Source: Macrostomum lignano
Lineage: Eukaryota
Assembly (NCBI GenBank): GCA_002269645.1
Contig: NIVC01001883.1
Coordinates: 62,001-126,000, forward strand
Direction of reading: 5' to 3'
Length of the DNA: 64,000 bases
This document shows positions 12,990-23,002 of this stretch, piece after piece. Each line of letters opens with the position of its first letter. Within the stretch, counting starts at the first letter, position 1. The translations under genes were made by a program, and so were the position numbers. The notes under the pieces were generated by a model. That model was not told where the DNA came from. It saw only the letters and a program-made list of their open reading frames with translations, and searched no databases.

Positions 12990-14016
12990 ATGGCAGAAGA
13001 AAAACTTAAATCTATCTACTACAGCGACAAAGGATTCTTTGTAGGCAAAAATGCAGTCGCCAAACTCGCAGAACTAAGTAATGAATCAAAACAAACAGTT
13101 GAAAGATGGCTCTCCAAGCAAGCAGTCTACCAAGTCTATTTCCCACCAGTAAAATTTGAAAGGCCCCATTTCAGTATTTATAAACCTAATGAGGCGCACC
13201 AAGCAGATCTTCTGTTTCTCCCCAATGACTCAGGCTACAAGTATGCTCTCACAGTTATAGACATTGCCTCCAGATATAAGGAAACGAGACCACTTAAGAC
13301 AAAGAAGTCAGAAGCAGCTGCAGCTGCCCTCCAAGAAATTTACAAAAACTCACCCCTTAGTTACCCTGAAATCTTTATGACCGACCCGGGAAAAGAATTC
13401 CTAGGTGCGTTGAAATCACTTCGACATAAGTATGACACAAAAATTCGCTACGGAAGAACTGAGCTCCACAGAGACCAGGCTTTTGTGGAAAGATTCAATC
13501 TAACTCTAGCCAAGAGACTATTCACTAAGCAGACAGCAGAGGAGCTGAAACTAAAAAGTGGCCAGTACTATACAAAATGGACAGACCGCCTCCCCACTGT
13601 TATAGAGCAACTGAACAATGAAGTAACACGCATGACTGGATTGAAACCGTCCCATGCAATTAAACAAGACACTGTCGAACTTAAGGCATCTCTTAGAACA
13701 GACAACACACACAAAACACACAACACAAAACACACCTCGAACTACCCTAAGCTTCCAGGAGTTGAATCACCATACATTACGGACAAACTCTGAGTTTCTA
13801 CGCTTTTTATATCTACCTGGAGAGCTAGAGAAAGACACCAAAAGAAGAGCTACAGATCCATACTTCAGCCTTGATGTACATAAAATAGACAGACATTTTA
13901 CCTCCGACTCCGGTGACTATTACTTTTTATCTCAAGCCTTTAACCCTAAATCCCCCACGCGGTCATTCACTAGAGCTGAACTCCTAGTGATACCAGCTGA
14001 CACAGAAATTAATTAA
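12990..14016 (+). CDS. Polinton-type retroviral-like (rve) integrase, frameshift near 13785
   Basis: DDE residues present: HQADLLFL, TDPGKEF, FVERFNLTL; C-terminal RFLYLPGELE..RRATDPYFSL..RSFTRAELLVIPADT in ORF 13654-14016. Confidence 0.9.
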
Positions 14017-14032
14017 AATATTAAAATAAAAA

Positions 14033-14574
14033 ATGACAACGGTTGAAACCAGAACCATCAATAAACTCAATAAAACCGCTAGCCTATGATCTCACTGTAA
14101 TGAGAGTGGTCATGCAAGTTCACAAAGATGCGGAGGTTGTTTAAAGATGACACTTGGTATAGGGAATTGGGATTCGAGAAGAAAGTTTATAAGGCAGAAT
14201 CCGCGGCGCGGACCGCCACTCAAACGTCGGGGGCCGTTAGCATGGCCCGTAAGCGTAAGCGTAAAAAAAACGTAAGCGGTTTGTTCTTAGCACCCAATAT
14301 TGCAGACATTGTAAAGGGTTTGAATATTCTAATCAGAAGTAATCTCAGTCTTAATTGGGTATTTAAGGGAAAGCGAACGGATATTTTGTACAACATCTCT
14401 AACTCTGTTGCTGGAGGAAAGATGTTGGTAGAGAAACCAAATCCAGTGAAAAGAGTTGTATTGAGTAATAAGGAGATTCACGAGATTGTGCTACAGTTTG
14501 AGACTGAAGATGGGGTGGGTGTTGATTTTAACGGTGAAGAGTTTGTATTGACGTTGATCATTGAGAGAATGTAA
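14033..14574 (+). CDS. Probable Polinton minor capsid protein (penton), frameshifted N-terminus
   Basis: ATG 14033 after an A-rich spacer; YRELGF, ILIRSNL..TDILY, LVEKPNP..IHEIVLQFETEDGVGVDFNGEEFVLTLII resemble Polinton single-jelly-roll mCP as recalled; not searched. Confidence 0.6.
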
Positions 14575-14615
14575 GAAAAAAATTACAATTGCAAACTACA
14601 AAACAAAACTACAAA

Positions 14616-14855
14616 TTACAACTGCCTTATAACTTCAGCGAAGTTATAGTAGCTGTCGTAATCTTTTACGTAGGTTACTCCATACTTATGAAACCAGTGA
14701 GATTTAAGTGCTTGACTAATATTAGGGACATTGATATCAACGCCGGGCCAATATTTTCTCATGTACTCGCTGCATTCTAGTTTGCATCGGTACTTACTCT
14801 TGTAATTAGGCTCGTGCACTTTGTAATAAGAACCTGGAGAGACAACTGGAAACAT
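14616..14855 (-). CDS. Small hypothetical ORF (79 aa) next to the right TIR of the mini-Polinton
   Basis: ATG after an A-rich leader like the other element genes; its 3' part (YGVTYVKDYDSYYNFAE.IRQL*) is duplicated in inverted orientation at about 12205-12277. Confidence 0.45.
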   Translation of the reverse strand: MFPVVSPGSYYKVHEPNYKSKYRCKLECSEYMRKYWPGVDINVPNISQALKSHWFHKYGVTYVKDYDSYYNFAEVIRQL

Positions 14856-15269
14856 TTTTAGAGAAAATTTAATTTTTTTTTCGGAGGATGAGCACCCTGC
14901 GCTGAGGATTTAAAGTCTTAGGGATCTGATTTCGCGAATTGAATGTGGGGAGAAGAATGCAGATTATTTTCTGATTGTTTCGAAGATGCTATGGGTGGAT
15001 GTTAGTGGATTATGTAGGACACCTGTTATGCTCTGATTCTGGGATAATATGGATGGATTTGGGTGGATTATGGATGACTTTTTGTGAGCGAGTGCGACCC
15101 TCTGATTCAGGGATAATATGGATGGATTTAATGGGATTATATTTGAAGTTTTCAAAGCGAGTGCGACCCCCCTTTTTTCTGATTCTGTCGGGGATAATAT
15201 AGATGGATTTAATGGGATTATGGAGGACGTGAAAAATTTTGTCCCAGAAGCACCCTCATGCATTCTACT

Positions 15270-15526
15270 TCTTCTTCTTCTTCCGTCCTCCATTCCTCCG
15301 CGATGGTACATTTTTTACATTTCCACTGCGTATTACCGGTCTTGATCTTGTCTTGCTTCGCCCGGGTAAGGCCTGTGCAACTGCCATGGTACTGACATCC
15401 GCAGTTAGCGCACTCAATCGGTTTGGTCCCCGTAGCAATTTTCTTGCCGCACCGGTTACACGGTCCGGAGTTCACTTCGACGTCTCCAGCCTGTACAAGT
15501 CTAGCCGCTGTCCACCATTTTTCCAT
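15270..15526 (-). pseudogene. LINE ORF N-terminus: 2A-like peptide and PHD finger 1
   Basis: MEKWWTAARLVQAGDVEVNSGP then CNRC..CANCGCQYHGSC..WKCKKC; in frame with the PHD2-APE portion once the Polinton is removed. Confidence 0.82.
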
Positions 15527-15668
15527 CCTTTTTTATTTGGTTTTCGGGTTCTTTGTTATTTTTGATAGGTTTTTGTCGTTTGAAGAATTCTGAACATTTG
15601 GATCTGGATGTGCGCCGTTTTCCTTCGAACTGCTTAACTAATGCAACGGCTTGGTGACGCTCCGTTTC

Positions 15669-15750
15669 AATCCGAGTGTTCGTGCATCCGACGGTGATCA
15701 GATCGTCGGCTCCCGTCCGCCGCGTAGAGGCCCCCGGATTATAGGACAGG
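15669..15750 (-). ncRNA. HDV-like self-cleaving ribozyme at the LINE 5' end
   Basis: P1 CCUGUCC/GGACGGG; P2 AAUCCGGG/CUCGGAUU; P3 GCC/GGC; L3 UCUACGC; P1.1 CU/AG; P4 CCGACG/CGUCGG; J4/2 CGAA; its first base abuts the TSD. Confidence 0.77.
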
Positions 15751-16293
15751 CTGTTGCTGTTGTTAAGGTCAACAAGACAAGCTGTTGACAAGAGGTTTTT
15801 TGTCTCCCACCTCATCAGTGAAATGAGTTTTCTGATCGGTAAAATTCAGATCACTGAAAAAAGTTTTGTTTTAAAAAGAAAATCAAAGATGGCAAGTGTC
15901 ATCCACATAGCGTTTGTGGTATCTCGGAGCAGTTTCTAACTTCATACGTACATTTTCATATGTCAAGCTTGAATTAAGACCAAAAATACTTGAATTCGTA
16001 TCCATAAAACACAAACCTAGTCTCAATGTTCAACTGCAATACGGCTATTCTAAGTAACCTGACCACATTACGGAACTTCCCTCCCCCTGACATGTCCTCT
16101 TGGATCCTGCAGCCAAATCTTTAGCATTTAATTAAATGTTGAAATATTCCTGTTTCTGTCTAGTTTATTAAATAAAAATTTAAATAAACAGTCAATCGCC
16201 CTGAAAATGAGCAAATGTAGTCCAAATGCATCGGAAATTAATAAATAAATGTTGATAAGATCTATTGAAGATATTTTAACCATTTTATTTTAG

Positions 16294-16698
16294 ATGGCAA
16301 CAAAGGAAATCAAGCAAAGTCAGGATCTCTCGCTCAGTCTAGAAGACGAGCCTATAGAAGACACAGAGCCGCTTGTTTCCTTTCAAAGCAACCAAGAGAA
16401 GCAACTTGCAGTTAACGAACCATTGAAAAAAGCAACTGATTTTGAAAGGCTCACTCCAGGCAGCATCGAGTGGGTGAAGCCCGGTGATGTCTTCAAGATC
16501 AACGGTCAGCTGATTATTGTTGAAGAGGTACAGTGTAACAAAGTCTGTGTGGCTTGCAGAGAGAAAAATCTTCTTAGAGCTGGCCAAGCCTAGCTCTCTC
16601 AATAAATACCAGTATATTTTCCAGCCTGACTAGGCTGACCAATCAGCCGCTACCTCTGGCGTGCTCGCGCTCCAGAGTATGCACATGCGCGAGTACAA

Positions 16699-16750
<52 letters not shown>

Positions 16751-19700
16751 CCCCCCATCCCCCACTCTGCACAGAAAGCGAAACGCAGTCACCACATACA
16801 GCATGCACCCAATAACGTATATGAATTTAAAGCGATTCATTGCACTAAGAACAAGAAACAGTCCAAATTTACACTTTTCAAAGACAAGAGAGTATCAAGA
16901 GAAAATTTCACGGTCAATGTGATCAAATCGAAAAGTACACACCGTCTGCAGCCCGATTGCCAGCTCGCTCTTTTCCCAACGTCCCATTGCCACCCGCCTA
17001 AGGATGTTGTCCAAAGAGCTCGCAGCCGCCTGAACGAAATTCAGAGTGACTCGTCACTTTTCGTCAAGTGGTGCAAGATGAAGGACCCAACCCACTGTTC
17101 CGAGATCCTTGTGCCGATCTTCGTGTCAGACGACCACGAAATCCACGAGGTGAAAGTTAAAGACCACCTGAATTTGCAGCATGTTGCTGGCCCACTTCAC
17201 GGAGAGGTTTCAAATATCGACAACCTGAGTGACGAATCGCTGCTGCTAACGATGCGCATTCAAACTAGCAGGATGCGATCCGTTCCATTGGTTCGAATCG
17301 AAGAGAAGGAGCTTCTCGCCCCCGTTCCGGTAGTAGCGTCAGTTCCCCAGTGCGTGGACGAGGAGGAACTTCTCGCCAGGGTTGAAATCCTGGACAGACT
17401 TGTGTTCAGCAAAGACATCTCTACCCTGGCATTCTGCCGACTGCTTACTAATCCGAATCTTCGTGATAGCGCATGGGGTGAGCAGGTGGCGATGCTCCCA
17501 GACACCGAAGCTAAAGTAAGTCCTCTCTGCAAAAGCACGAGTCCAGAAAGTTTAAAAATCGGCAGCATCATTTCAATCGATGGAGCATACACAGTGGTCA
17601 TCGCAGTTCGCTGTGGTGCTGATAGAGTCCATGTAAAGATGGTGCAGTATGGAGCTCAGTCATTGGATGAAGACGAAACAGAGTGCCAGATCAAGTACAT
17701 AATCAAGAAAAGAGAGACGGACACACAGCTCAGCGTACACAATGAGATTAAAAAGGATTGCCCTCTGTACCACCCTGTTCTTGGGCCACAAGGTTTATAT
17801 GCAGAAGAAGCATTGACGCCTATTTTACTTCAAAGCCTGAAGAAGGGTGATGTGATTCGAATAAGCTCGCGCTGGATCATTGTTGAAGATTCGGAATTCG
17901 CAAATGGCTCGTGCACTGTGGTCGCTATTTTCTACGACAAAATAAAGCTTCTCGAGACAAACAGGGTAATTAGACATACTCTTAACTTTAGGGTTATAAA
18001 CCCTAGTAAGCAAGTTGAACCAGAGGGCTGGCTTTGTCGCTATGCTGAGGCCTGGTGCTTCGACCCAGACATTGTGATCAAAAGAGCTCATAGTCGACTT
18101 AACGAGAGTCAGTACTCACTGATCTCTAATAACGGAGAGCATTTTGTGAAATGGTGCAAGACAAAGTCTTCCAGTCACAGGCCAGAGTGCCTTGTCCCAA
18201 TTTACTTGCCCAATGAGCACACTCACTCGGTGAAAGTTGGAGATCATCTGAACTTCACATGTGATAGTGGTACAAAGCTCTATGGAGAAGTGACTGAGGT
18301 GACAGAGTTGAAGTCGAAGCAGAATATTCTACTCTGCATGAACGCGATAAAGCCGAAGTCAATGTGCTATGTGCAAAAAAGTGAGCTCACTCTTGTCGGC
18401 CCTGTGAGCGTCGTTGTAACGGCCCCACTGTCCGTCAGTGAAGCAGAGCTGTCGCAGCGAGTTCTGTTTATCGATAATTTGGCTTTCAAAGGAACAGAAA
18501 GCTCAATGAATATCTGCCGTTTATCTAACTAAATCAAAACTTGAGCTTGAAGACTGGAAGGACGTAATCTGCCACAGTCAGCCCTTCAAAAATGCAGCGA
18601 CTGAGCAGGCTATTCTCTGCCGCCAAAGACGTCCAGATCAGTTGAAAGTTGGCGATATAATATTTCTGGATGGTGTGTACCGAGTTGTTGCCGAAATCCA
18701 CCTTTGTGATGCTGAAGCAGCTGGACGAGTCAAGATCGTGACTGTTCAATATGACTTGAGTCTGACAGAGAGTGGTGTGTCAAAGCTGAAGTACGCGATT
18801 CGAGCAGAGGAGACGGAAGCCGTGCTGTGCGTTCACAACAATCCAAGTTTGGACTGCCTCTTACACGGTGCTGGAAGAGATATGCCAATGTATACATCTA
18901 ATAAAGTTTACGATGTACGAACCATTTCACAGGGCTGTGTCATTTCGATGAGAAGAAGGTTTCTGCAGTATCAGCATTCCGTGGTTGTCAGTGATCCTAC
19001 ACTGGAAGGAGATAGCGGATCAGCTCAGTCCTGTGCTTCATTGGAGGTTATTGAATACGCGATGAAGCTTACTAGCAGAAATAAAGCTGTGAAATATAAA
19101 ATTCGAGTCGATGTTTCAAAGCAGGAAGTCTACCTCGTCGTGTATGATAAAACCGGTGAAGAAAAGAAATACTCTCCAGACAAAGTGATTGAGAGAGCCC
19201 ACTCAAGGCTGGGGGAAAAGCAGCACAACACACAATGGAACAACAGTCGGGATTTCGCTCGCTGGTGCAGCCTTCAGCACCCAAGCAACAGGGAGCAGTG
19301 CAGGATTCCAGTTACATCGGCTCAGCAGCTGGTCGATTTCAAAAGAGGTCCCGTTAAGTTTCGTAAGTCGCCAGAAATTTATACCCACGACGCTGTAATG
19401 AGAGACTGCACAGCAGTTGAAGGTTGCAGCGACATCGTCAGGGTTACTCTGTATGAAAATAACCATGAGCAGCGTAGAGTGAGGCTCGAGGACTTAACCA
19501 TCGATAAAGGTGAGAGCTTGATTCGTCGGGTGAATTACGAAGGCAATAAGGAATTCGCCACCGATGAGTTCAGCATCTTGAAGGACCTGATTGATTGCAC
19601 TTTTCTGAATGCCGATGATGACGTTAAAGGATGGACGGGGAAAGAGAAAAAGTGTGGCAGTCGAGTCACCAGCCGAGACTTCTGTTATTGGCTCAAAACT

Positions 19701-20666
19701 ACGAAAAAAGAACTCTGCAGCATTAAATACTTGTTTGAAAAAAACCTTGAAACCATGCAGAAAAAAATGGCGAAACTGTGCTGCGAAGGCGTCCTATATG
19801 ACAATACGGATGAGCAAAGACGTCTGAGAATCGAAATCGAGCATGGAGTAGACAGGCGCGACTTAAGACTTCATGACCACATCATTCTGAACCGTACGGT
19901 AGATGAAAAAGTAAAAGAAGTTCATTTTATCCTAGTTGAGTGGAACGAGGAGACACACACTGGTGTCGGTGTGACGTACGAGTTTCCACCAGAACCTACT
20001 GGAATTGGATTTATGAAGTTCAATGGATTTCTTCGAGTGAGCGGCCCTAATCAGATGGATAAGGTCGTTCACAACTCGGAGCCTGACTGGAATGAGATTG
20101 ATGACAGGTTCAACACCCTAAGGGGCATCAAGGAGTACCACCTCTTGCGCAACAATTGCGAGCACTTTGTAAATTTTTTGATTTATGGCCGCGGTAGCTG
20201 CCTTCAGCTGAGCAAGCGGGTCTGGCAGATCGCCCACACGTTACCGAGCGCTATTCAAAACCTAGCTTCCTCCGTGACTCGAGTACTGCGAATGGCCGTC
20301 GCTGTAGTGCTGAGAGCGAATCCAACCATGGGAGAAGCATTTTCGTTTATTCCAGACATCCTCGCAGCCGAAGGTGGAAGCATCGCTTTGATCGGCATTG
20401 TGAATTTTGTTGCCTGGCTACTGCTTCGACATCGCCACGCAAACAGTGGGATGTCCCTTCAGGAGTACCAGGAGAGAAGGCTGGGCATCCTGTGCCGCGC
20501 ACTTATTCCCATCGCGGGGAGCATCGCAGTAGCACTCATCACATTCTTCAACCCTTTCTCGGCAGGCCTGACTGGCGCAGGTGTCGGTGTTGGTGTCACG
20601 ACCTTCGGAATTGCCTGTGCCATACCGAAGCTGCTGGTTATTATCAAGGCCTGGAGGCATCCGTAG
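16294..20666 (+). CDS. Large tandem LRAT-like (permuted NlpC/P60) domain protein with C-terminal hydrophobic helices, about 1350 aa
   Basis: Putative exon 16294-16467, intron 16468-16774, long exon 16775-20666 with a 1-nt frameshift at about 18521 (restores CRYLTKSK, aligning with CRLLTNPN). Repeated RA.SRL.E..NN.EHF/RDF..WC motifs; canonical YHLLRNNCEHF at 20136-20168. Confidence 0.75.
16702..16747. repeat. (GA)n microsatellite
   Basis: Direct reading; lies in the putative intron. Confidence 0.97.
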
Positions 20667-22702
20667 GCTCGCTAACCCCATGCTTCCAAAGTAGTGACAA
20701 GTCGACTCAAGCTGAAACATCAAAAGCTGAAGACTAAAACAGTGCTGCCATTTGCCACTCATCTGCGAGGCCTGCCGCGTGCTAATTTACTTTAATTGTG
20801 GTTTGCGCTTGCACTTTTGGCTTGTGCACCTGGTTCGTATCTTTCCTGTTTACACGCTCCAGTGTACAGCACGGTCTTTTTTATCCTGGGTTTGTGGGTT
20901 GGTGTTTGCTTGTGCTTTCGATTACTTCGTGCAGTGCATAAAAAAGATTCAGATATTTCAGATCATCTTTTCAGCCTTCTGCGTGACACTACGCTCGTAT
21001 ATTGTACTCGAGAACACAATGTGACGGTTTTATAATTCTGTAATTAGAAGAAAATGTATGTAAAAAAACTATGTGCTTAATCTATTCTAGGTTTCAAATA
21101 ATATGTTACTTTGTTTAATTGGATTCCGTTTCCAAGAAATTCGACTCGTATTTAAGCATGCTACTTATCCTCTTCTGTAAGCGTGTGGCAGCCTTGGACG
21201 TAGATCAATCAGTTTAACATTTTAAAACCGCAGCACGTTGTGATAAATAATCAGAGTCGATCAAAATAAGAACTATTTCTTATACAATAGCGAATCGTCC
21301 GGGCCTGACAGGCGTAGCTACTTAAACATACGCTACTAATAGTAGCGCACTCTAGTCTCCTTCGCTAAGTACATTGATTTATTTGTTTAATCCTAAATAA
21401 TATCAAAATCACCATATTACTATTAGTACTAAATTAATCATAAGTATACTAGATTAGCATATTTTTGAAAATGTACCCTGTCAGTTTGACAGACTTCCCG
21501 CCTCTTGCTTGTTCTGTGTACGAGTTACCAGCCTGGATTGTAGGTGATTTTTTGTTTCGTTATCATTCACTAATTTTGAATTCTATATCTTTTATCCAAA
21601 ATTATTTTAATAATTAGTAGACTATAAATTTTAGTAATCACTAACTTACAATGTGACAGCAATTGACTGAAATTTCAATGAAATAAATTGTATAATCCGC
21701 TTTTACCTGATAAATGAGATTTGTAATCAGCTGATTTGTGCTAGCCGTCTTAGGAACTCAAGAACCCTGCCTTGCTGTGGACATCACCCCAGCAAGGCAA
21801 ACTATTTGCACATTCAGCACAATTAGTTTTGGTCATTGTTCCACAACATATAGTTATTACCCCATGTAGAAATGTCATAACGTGACTGCTTTTTATAATT
21901 ATTATTTATTCTCGCCTCCCTGTCTTTGCATTTAGAACGAAAAATGGTGAAATAATGACGTCTGTGCTGGGCAAAGTACACACAGTACTCGTATTTTTTC
22001 TGCCATTATTCAAACTCTGCTACCATGCTAAACAATCTGCCATTGCAAAGTACTCAGCGTAATTACCAATCAGGAGCGGCTCCTTGCTTTTGTCCTTGAA
22101 CTCCAGAATCAGCGGCAGCGTCCTGTCTGCGGGGCTCAGGCGTCTGGTATAGTTGATCATCCGCAGGGCGTCCTCCAGTGGCTGTTTCTGCATTGGAAAG
22201 AGTGGCTGTTGTATTCTGGAAGTCCACAAGTACAGCAAGTTGTCTCTGGCGGAGTGGCCCATGCTTCAATCTTATTACGCAAACGAATAAACTTCAAAAG
22301 TAGGCGACATTTGGTACCTGAAGTCGCTTCATACCGGCCAAAAGTTCACAACGTCAGAATGAGCAAAATGTCGGCCCCTTGATTACTCAAAATGCCGACG
22401 CTTCGCATTGTCAAAATTTTGCATCTTCAAAGTTCCACAAAATCGAAACTTCAAAAGTCGTGCCCTTTTTGAACTATCGACGCTTATGAAGGGGCCGACA
22501 TGCTCGCTTTTTCGACGATGCGAAAGAAAGTATCATTCGACGTTATAGAATTTGGAGGATATGATCAGGCGAGGCCCGGTACATCACTGGCCTACATAAG
22601 CCTTGTCAGATAACTTCACAGGCATTTAAAAAATTATGAAACTACAAAAACTATCAGTTCTACAAAGCTTAAAGTTCTGAATCGTTGAATCTAGAAAGCG
22701 AT

Positions 22703-23002
22703 AATACACCTGCTCCGATTGGGCCAGATGTGCAACTGACAGCTCAGCCGCAGCTATTGCGTGGCGCATCTGACGGCTGCATACGGCTATTCAGTCCACG
22801 GACTGGAGGTCGCCACACACACTCTCTCAATTACCCCAGCTAATGCTGGCACCCATTTTACAGCAGGGTGAACTCAACTTCTGAGGCAATGCAGAGTTAA
22901 ATGTCTTGCTTAAAGACACAAATTGTTCCAGTGAGATCGAGAATCGAACCGACGACCTACAAGTCGTGAGTCCGACGCTCTAACCACTAAGCTACAACCC
23001 CC
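22703..23002 (-). mobile_element. tRNA-derived SINE (copy 1)
   Basis: Head GTAGCTTAGTGGTTAGAGCGTCGGACTC..GGTTCGATTC (A/B boxes); body TGTGTCTTTAAGCAAGACATTTAAC..CTGTAAAATGGGT; homologous to 54064-54312. Confidence 0.8.

Larger units (their letters stand above)
11982..15269. mobile_element. Mini-Polinton/Maverick (adintovirus-like) element, 3288 bp, lacking pPolB, MCP, ATPase and protease
   Basis: Inverted termini AGTAGAATGCATGAGGG(G/T)GCTTCTGGGAC with subterminal repeats; 6-bp TSD TCTTCT at 11976-11981 and 15270-15275; removing the element restores the host LINE frame (EWRTEEEEEFKNRR); internal rve integrase. Confidence 0.87.
8237..15750 (-). mobile_element. Full-length Ingi-like (I group) non-LTR retrotransposon, about 4.2 kb excluding the nested insertion
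   Basis: 10-bp TSD CTGTTGCTGT at 8227-8236 and 15751-15760; (AC)n 3' tail at 8237-8248; one broken ORF ordered 2A-PHD-PHD-APE-RT-RNaseH-Zn knuckle; 5' ribozyme. Confidence 0.9.

Noticed and set aside
14715-14760. DIDINAGP as a second 2A peptide
   Set aside because: Lacks ExNPGP, is antisense to the 79-aa ORF and has no downstream protein; likely chance.
12961-20666. Functional link between the Polinton PLA2 and the neighbouring LRAT/PLAAT-like gene
   Set aside because: The PLA2 lies inside a TSD-bounded insertion nested in a LINE, so the proximity is most simply coincidental.
22930-23002. tRNA gene (also at 54064-54130)
   Set aside because: No complete cloverleaf or acceptor stem; both continue into a shared SINE body.
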